Assembly (NCBI GenBank): GCA_048013815.1
Contig: CM106586.1
Location: 16,120,001-16,184,000, forward strand
DNA: 64,000 nt
Direction: 5' to 3'
Source of the DNA: Setoptus koraiensis
Taxonomy: Eukaryota; Animalia; Arthropoda
Part shown: positions 11,701 to 23,403 of the stretch, piece by piece
How the letters are laid out: each line of letters starts with the position of its first letter
Position numbering within the stretch: the stretch's first letter is position 1
The notes under the pieces: generated by a model
What the model was told of the DNA's origin: nothing
Databases searched by the model: none
Seen by the model: the letters and a program-made list of their open reading frames with translations, nothing else
Translations under genes and position numbers: made by a program

Positions 11701-12636
11701 ACGAATTGACATCAGTGACTGCGTCATTTATTGCATCCCAAGCTCACTAATGAGCCGTTGTAAAATTTTTCGACTGGATAATCTCAACCACTGCTGACGA
11801 TATCCTGCTGCAATTCCAAGCAGCAGTATTCTCGATTATAGTATTATATTTAGGTGTTATTCTATTGATATTCGGTAGCAAAACATCGAGCAGTTTACGG
11901 GTGTGAACCCATCAAAAGAGCTCTGGCGGGGTGAAGTGAGTTCATTTGCTGATTCGATACCTGGCACTACCACCCAACAGCGACCATCAATCAGCTGCCA
12001 CATTGGCATATCCGCCCGAGCTCGATCTATCTGGCCAATGGTAGATATTTATTGGAGAATAGGCAATTGGCAATTACGAAAACAAGAACAAAGCGTTTCG
12101 TGAAGTATAACTTCGGAAGCTTCGTTGGCAAATTCGTTTCGAGTTGCCTGCAGCGTTAACTTTTTGCCAGCGAGCGAAAAATTTGCATAAACAAAATTAA
12201 GTGGGATCCGCTAGTTAGAGCTGCCTTTATTATTGTGTGATAGTATTATGTAACTTGCGATCTCTGAGCCGGCGGTAGAGAGTGAAAAAAAGAAAACAAA
12301 ATTCAATTCAAACAGTTGTGCAAACAGTAGTCATCGGCAGTGCACAATTTTATCGCGCAACGCCGCTGGTATTCAATGGAATCAAATCAAATAATCTCAT
12401 TCATGTTCGAGCCACAAATGGCCATATATTCTAATATATGTATTATACATGTAATATGTATTAGAATATTAAATCAAATCAAATCAACGACAATGACATT
12501 ACATGGTGCTTTCGCGTGTCTGCATTCATCAATCTTTTGGCCTCAGTCTGGCCCGATTGTCATATCATTTGATTCACGCAGTCTACGCGAATGTATGCTG
12601 GAACATTGCGCAATATCCTCACAAGCCCACTTGTGA

Positions 12637-12678
12637 TTGTTGTTGTCGTTGCTGTCGTTGTTGTTGTTGTTGTTGTTG
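12637..12678 (+). repeat. Imperfect (TTG)n microsatellite
   Basis: ttgttgttgtcgttgctgtcgttgttgttgttgttgttgttg read directly. Confidence 0.9.
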
Positions 12679-14155
12679 CGCCAACAGTATAGTGCTCTCG
12701 TTCATGCTGTTGTTGAAGCAGTTTTTTAGAGTTTTCGCGCACAAAATGCCTCTTTGTCTCTAAAGGAGTCGCCTCTCTTTCTTTTTGCCCTCTCCAGAGA
12801 TCGGCTTGCAATTGATAGATATATATTGAATGTGCACCTAATTGCCAATTTGTACCATCGAGCGGGAGTTGCCCTGCTGTCATCAATTCACGATGTATTG
12901 GTGCGATAATCAAGCGAAGCCGAGTCGTTGCAGAAAGAGAAAAAAAACGAAGCCAAGTTGAGAGAGGATTAATTAAGCATTAATGCGCCCGTCCTTGGAA
13001 ACTGAGCGAACAGTGTTGAATTTAAACTCGCTGTCGGCGCTGGCAAGCCCTGTCTCCCGGCCCATTGTCTGATTGGGCAGACCGTTGTCGCGACCGTTCG
13101 GCACGGATGAGGCGCTCAGCCTGACCGATTCACTTGTGCGACTGTCGTCCACATCGACCGGGCCCGTCGCTCGAGCCGGGCCGACGCGAGCCGCACTATA
13201 CACGAAGCAGCCGGCCCGAGCAGCCGGCCCGACCAAGTGACAATAATCGAAGCCGATTGAATCGTGAGCGTTGGCCCGAATCTGTCTGTGTGACCGACTG
13301 AGGCGCTTGCAAGAAACGGTGGCCAGGTGAGGCACAAAAACAGTGAGTTGGTTGTTGCCGTTTCGTTGCGTCACAGCCGGCAGTCGGCGGGGGTCAGATT
13401 CACTTTGGTGCATCATTAGCCGACGTGATTGGTCGTTTAGAAGGGCTGAAGAAAGCGCAACATCCAGACCTGGCGGTGCTGTAATGGCTTGTATGGCCGG
13501 GGCCCCGCACAAATACTCCCACACAAACAATGCTCGCTCACGCAAATATTGAAGTGTGTACCAGGCGCCGACGCGGTCATGCTGCCACTACAACAAAAAA
13601 CACTTTCCATAAACGGACAGAATAAAATGGGCTCGTTGGCTCGACCGATTCAAGAGTCAGGTTCGGCTGCTTCGACCATTCAACGTTTTGAAAACAATTC
13701 TTTAATGGGGCCAAAAAACAATGCGCATCGCGTTGGTCCACTGACGGCAATTGAGCCGATCGGCCGCGGGCCCGATTGATCAGTCGGTCGATTGGCGACA
13801 CGAGTAGCACGAGACGCAACACAGAGTGTATCTGTGTTACATAATGTCGCGACGGGGAGCCCAGAAACTTTCTGACAGTGAACACAGTGGCTCACAGGAA
13901 ACCACTGCTACTGCGAGACGGCTATTACTGTCTGCTGTCGTCTCGGCTGTTGTTGTCGGTGGTGTTGTCGTTGTTGCGCTGGCGCGCTTATTCTGTCAAT
14001 CTAGCCGAGAATAGTCGCCGGCAATGGCTTCGAGCCAGAGCAGTTGTTCATTTATTTAGCTGGCTGCATTGTCAATGGCAACATAATCTCCTTACTCTCC
14101 TAATCGATTTGTCGCGCAATGATTATTTTGTGTGTTTGTGTGCCCAACGATATGC

Positions 14156-14205
14156 CCCATTCTGGCCCATTCTACCCCATTCTGGCCCATTCTACCCCAT
14201 TCTGG
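14156..14205 (+). repeat. 10-bp minisatellite x5, alternating CCCATTCTGG / CCCATTCTAC
   Basis: Read directly from the sequence. Confidence 0.95.
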
Positions 14206-14826
14206 CGCTGCAACTGCCAGCGACCGTTAGTCCTAGTAATAGTGGTAATAATACAATGTTACGTAATGTCTCCAACTCCAGTTACACACACACACACACT
14301 CACACAGTTGCGTAATGTTACCTGTCCGGCTGCTGTAAATGTGTGTGTGGGTGTGTGTCTGGACGACAATAAGTGTCGTGTACATACCGGCGCGGGTGCT
14401 ATTACAGGTAGCTGGCGAGCCGGTTTGCATTGGCCAGAGATCAGCGCGAGAGATACATGAGACGTGGGTGATATATGAGACAGAGAGACTTTGAATAGAC
14501 TGCGAATGGACGCGACAGAGGCACCGACAAACAAACGGATGGACAGATAGATAGATAGATATGCGCCAGATAGGCAGCGAAATGAAGATGTCCAGCCAAG
14601 TCTAAATTTAGTCGCTATTTAGTTGGGCCTGGCGAGCGAGCGAGCGACGCACCTGTAAGCTGCGAGCTGGTCACTTGGGTCATATTGGTTATATTAATCA
14701 CTCTGGTCACTTTGGTGCGCCCGTTTGCAGATTAAATAATAATATAAATACAACGATAATGGAGCGATACACGAGTTGTCGTTTGCGTGTGTGTAACTTT
14801 ATGCGCGATTGTACTCTTATCGCGCC

Positions 14827-14925
14827 ACCCGATCTGCCCGATTTGCCCGATCTGCCCGATTTGCCCGATCTGCCCGATCTGCCCGATCTACCTAATGTAC
14901 CCAATGTACCCAATGTACCCAATGT
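14827..14925 (+). repeat. 9-bp compound minisatellite: 7 x RCCCGATYT followed by 4 x ACCYAATGT
   Basis: Read directly. It gives the spurious PDLPDL...PNVPNV ORF. Confidence 0.95.
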
Positions 14926-16938
14926 GCGCGATATAACGACCACCGAACGCTGCTGATACTGTTTGCCGATAAAGACGGCCACCACTCGCTCAGGTGATCA
15001 TCTTTAATCTAATGTCTCTCGTATGTAATGTCCAGCGGGCACTTGGCCAAGTCAAACGGATAAATTTATCCGAGTTAATCATTTGACTCGCCGGCTGCGT
15101 CGGGCCCCAAAACGCTGACCGACAGAGCGAGTGTTTGTTTTGCGAGTGGGGCGCACTCGCTCGCAATGGGCAACCTGGGGTTGCCCATTGCGAGCCCAGA
15201 GTCCAGCTGGCCGCTTGTATCCGCTGACCCTTCGCTCTCCGACCAGCCGACCAAAAGAATGTTCGCGAATGGTCGTGGGGCCCGACAAGCGGCCCCTCAA
15301 TTGTCAGCCTGCCGCGAATTCGCCAGGCTCGACGCCGGGGCCCAGTGGTTGCGATGCAATTTGCATCGACAGGTTGCCAGCAGAGCGAGCAGTTGCCGGT
15401 TGCCAATTGATAGTGGCCCTAGGCTCTCAAGCAAACCGCTTCGAGAGATGCAAGCAGCCAGTGGGGCCCCGATTCAGGTGTGTGTGTGTGTGTGTGTTTA
15501 CAATGTCATGAGCTATCAAATGGTTGCAGCCATTATCCGGGCAACTGTATCAGCGCCGCGATCATCAGACACAAGTTTGTCGCTGAGACAGGATAAATGA
15601 GATTGACGATAATGGCACTGTTCAGCACTGATACAAAGACCTGGCTGCATTTATCTAGTTGGTGTACCTTTGGATTTTGGCGCCGGTAATCCAATGCAAA
15701 CAATTGTTTGGCTCACTAGATTGTCGCTGACTAGAATCAGCGAGCAAAATCAGTGAGTGAACACATAATCAGACTAGCAACTTATTTGTTGTTTGCCGAC
15801 CCTTGTTTCGGGCACGGGCCCCGCTGCATTGACTGTGCGTGGGGGTGGGGGGCCCTTAGGCCATGTTAGTGGCCCTATTGCGGGCCTCGTCAAAATGACA
15901 TTACAGCGTCCAATTGTCCGCGTTGGCCGATCGCACGACACAGTGAGCGCGTTTTGCGTTGCCGGGCCGGCTCGGGCCGGCCCGAGCCGCTGACTGTCAA
16001 GTGTCGATTGACATGGATCGCCCCCCCCCCCCATCGAACGGGGGCCCAAAAGGAGGCTCGCTGGCGACCAGTCATGTTGTGAATTGTCTGTCAACGCCGG
16101 CCATAAACAACAACTTGTCGTCTGAGCTAACGACCGCCGCCAGCATAGCGGCCAATGTCGGTCGCCGCTCATCCGTCCATCGGCGGCTGCAAACATAATT
16201 ATGCCGCTCGCACAATCGTCAAACTAATTTGTCGCTCGTCGCTCCTCGCTGCGCCACCGTCGGCCCGACGGGCCCCAAAATTGGGAGTCGCCCGCCAGCC
16301 GCGAGCCGCCAGCCGAACGGTCTGACGGGCTCGCGGTGCGCCGACTCCATGTTAATCGACAGTCAATCAATACAGCCCGTGTTGCGGGCGGGCTCGCTCG
16401 CCCATTGGCATGCTCGCAGGCCCACAAATGGAACTGGCTGGCTGTTCGGCTGGCTGTTCGGCTGGCTGGCTGGCCGGCGGTGCTGGCTGCGAAACCGGAA
16501 GTAAATTAATGGAAATGTATGCACACACGGCGAGCGGCGACACATTGGCGGGCCCGACGGTACCGTCCAGACGATACGGTCGCGCGCGCCGCTGCCAGAT
16601 ATAACTGCTATAACATTATATAATGCACGATAACAATATTTGCGCACACATCCATTTATTAATTTTGCACGTTTCGCTATCTTTCGCTGACTGTTCGCGA
16701 ATTTGTTCTCGCTGCGCTAGGTACCGTGGGCCGGCCGACGGGCCTCTCGGCGCGCCCCTCGACTGTGCCGAGCTCATATCAGTTCCACTTACATCTCATA
16801 TCCATCTTTTTCGCTCGTTATTCCAGCCAACGTTATTCCGCCCGCACTCACACTCAACGGACGACCGCGCGTACGTGTCGGCGCGCCCTTGTACGTGTCA
16901 CTGTTTGTGTTGCGCGTGCTGGCCCGTTGGATCGCCCC

Positions 16939-16991
16939 CGCTCAGACGCTGGGTCCCGCGCTCAGACGCTGGATCGCCCGCTCAGACGCTG
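16939..16991 (+). repeat. 20-bp period repeat, core CGCTCAGACGCTG x3
   Basis: Read directly. The inter-core segments are 7 bp and variable. Confidence 0.9.
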
Positions 16992-19276
16992 TGCAGTGCT
17001 GTGCGCCTTCTATCGGCGCGCAAATTGGCGCCTCGGTGCGCCATTGCACGCGCTTCGCTCGACGCTGCTGGGGCCCCTCTCCGAATGAAACGACTCGGCG
17101 CCCAACGACCACGACGAGCCAGCCGGCGCGATATATCCGCCAATATATCATAATGTTGGCTTGCCGAGACGCTGCTGCAATATTCATGACGCGCGCTATC
17201 TAGTTGATTTGTCGCGCCGGCCCGTCCCAAGTGTTCGCCAGTTAATAAGTCCGCCGAGGCCCGTTTACTGACAGTGTTTACAGTCGCTGCAGCGCACTGT
17301 CCACGGGCCGCCGCCGCTGGCACCGCGGCCGCTCTCGAGCGCCGCCACAGGAAGGATCCAGTTGCAAATGGGCGCTCGTGGCGGCCCCATTCGCAAATAT
17401 GCTCGCTGGCAAGTGTGTAACTGGCGGCGGCGGCGCAACACTCCCACAATTGTCGCTGCGCCCGTGCGGATAACGGGCCGCCGTCGCTCGTCAAACACAA
17501 CTCGGCCGCTTGCTTGCCGCCGTCGAGCTGATCGTGCAGATTGGCCAGATCGATAGCGGCTAACGGCGTTGTTAATTTGTGTACTTTGGCGCCCGCTCTG
17601 TTGCGGCTGCCCGTGCTGTTGCAGCCGCCCGGCCCGTCAACAATGCCGGGCTGGTTGCGGCGCGTCGCCGGTTGGCTGGCCTGCGTCGTGCCGAAATGGT
17701 CGGACTTGGGACGGGCGCCACCAGAGCGCCAATTATAACGCAGCGAGCGCCGATAATTTAGTTTTGGGCGAGTTGTTGACTCGCCATAAATTTTGTTTTT
17801 ATACACACACGCCGCGCCGAGAGTCTTGCAAAAGTCTGGCCCCATCGGCCGGCCCCATCGCGACTCGCGGCCGTTAACTCGCGGCCAACAGAGCTAGTGG
17901 GGCCAAGGTACGCGCTGCACTGGCTAAACAAACTGACCCACTTATCGGTCGGACACGCCACGAGGCCGGGCGAGCCAATTTGCGCGAGTCGCATCGCGTC
18001 GCAATTAACCGCGCCCGCCGGGATCAAGCGGGCCCGCAAAGACACCGCGCGCGCGCGCGCTTTGAGCAATAGCCTATGACTGCCGCAACGCGTCAAATCG
18101 CATTGCATCGCGCCGTCGATGTCGGCGCCGGCTCGTCGGTGTGGGCGGCCAGTGGGCGGCCAATCCGCGGCCAATCCGCGGCATGTAAACGACATAGACG
18201 ACCTATGATAGACCGGGCGAGACGCGGCCCCTCGCTGGCCGGCGTTTGGCCATTTCTGCGCTCCGTCCATCGATTATAATTACCATCAAGCGATCGGCGG
18301 ACCGGCAGCCAGCCACACCGCTGCCGCCCCCGACCGGCGGCTGACCGTCCGATCAGCTCTGGCAGCCGGATCGGCTCGGGCCGACGAGCTCGGGCACCGA
18401 GCGCCGGGCAGCGCCAGAGCGACATCCAATATGGGGCCGATATGTGCGATATGTCGCACAACGCAAACAGCGCCACCTATTCTGTCACCTCTGATTGATG
18501 ACGACGATGGGCAGACGCGGGCCCGACACACACCAGACACAAATATCGGCCGGGCTTAGTGCGCCGGCCAGCGGGGCCCCCGACAAAGAGCGGACATGAC
18601 ATGGGTTTATTTGTTGCAGCAGCGGCGGCGGCGTATAAATTCTGAGCCATAAATTAGATTGTTGCGTTGTTTCTATTTGTTTGTTTGTTTGCTGGCCAGC
18701 GCGAGGCTGCAAGGTTAATGCAATTGCGCGCCGTCTGGCCACGCTGAGGTCGAGCAGATGCGCCCGCAACTCGCCGCAACCGATGCCGCACGACAGCCCG
18801 AGCGGGCTAGAGCCAGGCGCATCCGCAACGAGGGCGATAATATGACAAGATAATACTCGCAAATACTCATCATTTTTTCCCGAGCCCGAGCGGCTCATTT
18901 CGGCAACGCCAGCCGGCCAGCGGTGAGTGCGTCGTGTGCCGTCGTCGTCGGTCTGGGCACCCAATCCGGCGGGCGCTCATGCCTGACAGGTAACCGGGTA
19001 TTATGTGCGCAACTTGTCGAGTTGGCCAACTGGCCACCGTTTTGCATGGCCGCCCCAGTGGCCGCGCTGCCTGATGAATTGTGACCCGGTGCGAGAGGGG
19101 CCCGGTTTGCGGGCGCAATTGTCGCTCGCTGCGAGCGCTCCCGACGCTTGCGAGCGCTTTCAAACGGTTCGAGCGGTTTAAATGGCTCGTTGGCGATTCC
19201 GCGCACGGCGCGCTGATGCGGGCCGATCGCTACGCTCGTTCGCTCGATACCGAGCCCGATACGCGCCCCCAGCGCT

Positions 19277-19318
19277 GGGCCCCAAACGGTGGGCCCCAAA
19301 CGGTGGGCCTCAAACGGT
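19277..19318 (+). repeat. 14-bp tandem repeat GGGCCYCAAACGGT x3
   Basis: Read directly. Confidence 0.95.
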
Positions 19319-19672
19319 GAGCCAATGGGGGCATTTTTTAGCGGGGGCCAGATTAGCCGGATTTCAATGCGTCTGTGTGTGTGTGTGTGCGTGTGCTGGC
19401 CCGAGCGCAAATTGTCCCCTTGCCGGGCGCGCGCGCAGGTTACGCATCTATGCACTCGCCATGCTGGATATACACTGACGGTGATTACGCAATGGGCCCC
19501 CGTGCGCAATGCCAGCCTGGCTGGCAGCCAGTTAGCCGGCCCGTCAGCTAGCCCGTCAGCCGGCGGCCGCTCACCAGTGGGCATGTTTTGATTTAATGCG
19601 GCCCGTTGTTGCCTGGAACAAGCTCGCCAAGCTTTCATCCGGCCGTGCCCGCTGCCCGCACGGGCACTTGCC

Positions 19673-19777
19673 ACCGGCACAACCGGCGCAACCGGCGCAA
19701 CTGGCGCAACTGGCGCAACTGGCGCAACTGGCGCAACTGGCGCAACTGGCACAACTGGCGCAATTGGCACAACTGGC
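19673..19777 (+). repeat. 9-bp minisatellite AYYGGCRCA, about 12 units
   Basis: Read directly (accggcaca, accggcgca, actggcgca...). Confidence 0.95.
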
Positions 19778-20769
19778 TGCAGGGGAGCCGTTTGTTGGGA
19801 TATAACGTTGCGCGGGTATAACGTGGCCGGGGTCGCTTGGGCGCGATTCACACCTTGGCGCCAGTGGGGCCAGATTAAGCTGTCTGTAGAGAGAGTGAAT
19901 TGAGCGGGAAGGGGGGGGGGCGGCGGCGCGGGCGAAATAAAATTGACAAAAAAGAAGCGAAGCCATTGAAGCGAAACGCTGATTTCACTCTATGATTTCC
20001 AGTTGGCTTCGTCGCTCATATTGAAACCTTTTTGCCGAGTTGCTTCTTTTCGCGTCACCGGCTTGCGGGGCCCCCGTTTTAGAGCGCGAGCGGGCAAACA
20101 GGGCGCCCTGGCGTCGGCCTGGGCGAACTAGGGCAACACTTTTCGACGCTACGAATTGAAATTGTCGCCATCCCGACACAACTGGCGACTGATCGACTAG
20201 GCCGACCTGCGAATTGCGTTGCTGCTCGTGCCGGTCGTGTTATTGGTGCGCGTTAAGCGGCTTGCAAGTCCCGTCAGCCAGCGGACAAAAATTGCAAAAA
20301 TCGCAAAAATCGCTCCATCTACCAAAACCATGCCAACCCCGTCTAATGTCCGGTTGCCGGCTCGCCCGAGCACCGAGCACCGAGCGCCGAGCACCTAGCG
20401 CCGCCGCCGCTTGCCAGTCATAATCGGTCACATCCGGCAGGGGCGCTGCCGAGACTGGCAGTGGCCCACAAACGTGGGTCGCACTGGGCTAGGCTCGAGT
20501 GGCGCTGGCACGAGCCGGCAGAAATGAGATTGTCTGGCTGGTGGCATAAAAATAATAATAACGCCGCCAACACCGGACCGGTGGCATGTGGGCCCCGGCG
20601 ACAAGTGCCAGCGCTGGCACGGCTTCTATTTATTTGACGTTTTGGCATCGTTGGCTGATGTTGTCATTGTCGATTTCTCATTGTCGGGGGGCCCCGACTT
20701 TCAATTTGCTCCTCTGCCGAGCTCCAAATGTACAAGTGTGGCAAGTGTGTGTTGGCCGCGTTGCGTCTA

Positions 20770-20770
<1 letters not shown>

Positions 20771-20802
<32 letters not shown>
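20771..20802 (+). repeat. (TGGC)8 microsatellite
   Basis: Read directly. Confidence 0.95.
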
Positions 20803-20804
<2 letters not shown>

Positions 20805-21345
20805 GCTGGAGCGCGTGTTGGCGTGCGTGTCGGTGTGCGTGCGGGTGACGGGCGCCCGGCGAGCCGGCCCGGCCGGGCCGGTTGCGCAACCAGTCAAATT
20901 AGCATCAGCGCCCGAACGCGTCAGCCAAAGCGCGTTTGTTGTAACACGACAACAATAACAACAACAATAAACAACAATTTTCAAATATTATTATTATCGT
21001 CGCATGTGTCGACGCCTACAACTTTGGCATTGTCATATTTTGTTGCCGCTGCAGCCAATAAGCCAGCAAACTTGCCAGTTTGCTCGCGAGTCGCCGACTC
21101 GTGCAAAATAAAACGGCGCCAGTTTTAGACTGAAACCTTCAGTGAAGCTGAAGTGAGGCCCGGCCGAGAGAAATGCGCACACCGTTTTATACAATTTCCA
21201 AACATTTATTTTCTATTCAAAAGTTGCAAGAAATGATGGCGCAAATGGAGCTGACAGCCGAGACAACCCACTCACACAAAAGCGGCGCTCACCTCGGCCA
21301 GTGTCCAGTGGTCACTCGACCCAATTAAGTAGTTACGCCCTGGGC

Positions 21346-21376
<31 letters not shown>

Positions 21377-21488
21377 GTTGCAGACAGGTGCTGGCTGTCG
21401 GCGCCAGCGCGTGCAAACCGTGAGCGTGTGGCTTCTCTCGGGCCCCAAAAGGCTGGCCGTTCGAACGGGCGCAATTGTTGCGAACGCT

Positions 21489-21592
21489 GTCGAACAGTCG
21501 AACGGTCAAACCGGCCAACAGCCGAACGGCCGAACAGTCGAACGGTCGAACGGTCGAACCGGCGAACAGCCGAACTGTCGAGCCGTCGAAGC
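21489..21592 (+). repeat. Degenerate 8-bp minisatellite (GTCGAACG/GCCGAACA type), 13 units
   Basis: Read directly. A higher-order duplication of about 5 units is visible. Confidence 0.9.
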
Positions 21593-22476
21593 GTCCAATG
21601 GAGCGGCCCAAATCGACGGAATCGTTCGCGAATCGCCAGCGGCTCGCCAATTTCGGGCCCGCTTGCGGGCCCCAAGAAGTTGGCCCCAAGTTGGGGCGCC
21701 AACACGCTGCAAGCGGGCACAGGCCGGCCGGGAAGAAGCCAAGTTAGCGGCGACCCGCTCGCGATGAATCAATCATCGCTGGGCCCCATTCTGTGTGTGT
21801 GCGAGCTTGCAGTTTGTCGTTGTGGGCGCCGGCCAGAACAGTGAGCAGTGTTGCGCTTGCACCATTTATAAACCCTGTTTAACATAACGGTAATAACTTG
21901 GCCCTCCCCAGGTGAGACGAAATTCGGCCGAGCACAGAAACACACACACACACACGCACACACGCACATAATAGGAGCTCTTAGCGTTAATGGCCCCTAG
22001 AAGGGGGCGCAAATATTGCGCGGGCCTCCCATCATCATTTATCCTGTAATGCTTCTGCTGATAGCCAATAGCCAGCGCAAGGCAGCGCGAGCCAGCGCGA
22101 GCCGGCGGGCCCGTGAGCCAGCTCGCGCGCGCGCCATTGCAGCCACCGAGGGGCGCCCATCGAGACGAGGGTGCCATTAATGAGAATGGCACAAACATAA
22201 TAGACATCATATAATAATCATTAAAATGGTAAACATCATTATTTCAGATTAACACTGAATCATGACAAGCCATATATCTGGTTATATAATGAAAGGCTCG
22301 CTATCTCTCGCTGTTTGCGAGAGCAAGCACACACTTAATCGCATCGCGCCGCGCCGCATCCAGTTCAAACAACTTTTTGCGCCCCATCTAACCAACCGGG
22401 GCCCCAATCTAACTGGGGCCCCAAATCCGACCGAATGCAACTGGGCCCACACGCTGGCTCTCGCTTCTGCCGGGCT

Positions 22477-22511
22477 GCCTGACTGGCGGCCTGACTGGCG
22501 GCCTGACTGGC
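22477..22511 (+). repeat. 12-bp tandem repeat GCCTGACTGGCG, about 3 units
   Basis: Read directly. Confidence 0.9.
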
Positions 22512-23319
22512 TGCCGGGCCCGACTTGCTGCTGGTGGTGCTAATGTGGGCCACTGGTCGCCGTTGTTGTGTTATTTCAATGATGATCAAATGTTTTTATG
22601 ATAGCGCCGCCGATTAGATCCTGGCCCGGCGCCGCTTGGCGCGAATAAAGTGATATCGGCCAACAAGCGCCGCCACACCAACACAATCCACAGCCGGCAT
22701 AAATATATATTTGGCACTTATTGCCGGCCAACAAGACAGTTGTAGTTTGTTGCGCCCCGCAATTTACGATTATTTCAAATAGTAATCGACCCCAAGCCAT
22801 GAAGCTATGTAACTTTCCGACAGAGTTCCGATCTTTATCCGACAATTTTCTTTTCTCTCTCGCCCCTCGCTCCCCTCTCTTGCACTGGCCCAGTCGTGCC
22901 AACAGCGGCCATTGTGCAACGGTTGTCGCTCTTATCTGTGTCATATCTGCCAGCTAGATAATAGTCGCTTCGCCCGCCAAGTGCTGACGGCCGCAAACAA
23001 TTCTTTTGCTGCCTACTGCGCTTCTAGCGCTCGCCACATCAACCAACGTGCACAACTTTGCCCAACTTTGCCCAACTGACATGTCCGAGATACGTTCAAG
23101 ATATTCCGAATGCGCACTGTACATGCACTATATATTGCAATCAGATATATGGTAATGAGTTTTCAGTTTTATCCACTGCATTTTGCGCCCAGGCCCATCT
23201 CTCGCTCGCTCTCTTGGCGGCTGCTTGCGATTCGCAACGCGCCGCTTCCGGCTGCCGGTCGATGGGTCGCATAGGCGCCGATTTTGATCGCACCGAGCCG
23301 CTCAAAGTTGGGCCGTCCT

Positions 23320-23403
23320 GCAAACTGACCGGCAAACTGACCGGCAGACTGACCGGCAGACTGACCGGCAGACTGACCGGCAAACTGACCGGCAGACTGA
23401 CCG
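23320..23403 (+). repeat. 12-bp minisatellite GCARACTGACCG x7
   Basis: Read directly. Confidence 0.95.

Noticed and set aside
11620-11906. Protein-like + frame (STFIPDNDLD...AH**AVVKFFDW...AAVFSIIVLYLGVILLIFG) with a TM-like stretch
   Set aside because: Interrupted by tandem stops, with no start codon, no convincing splice sites and no recognisable homology.
16939-16991. Repeat-spacer-like pattern (13-bp core, variable 7-bp inserts)
   Set aside because: Far too short for CRISPR, only three units, no cas genes and a eukaryotic context.
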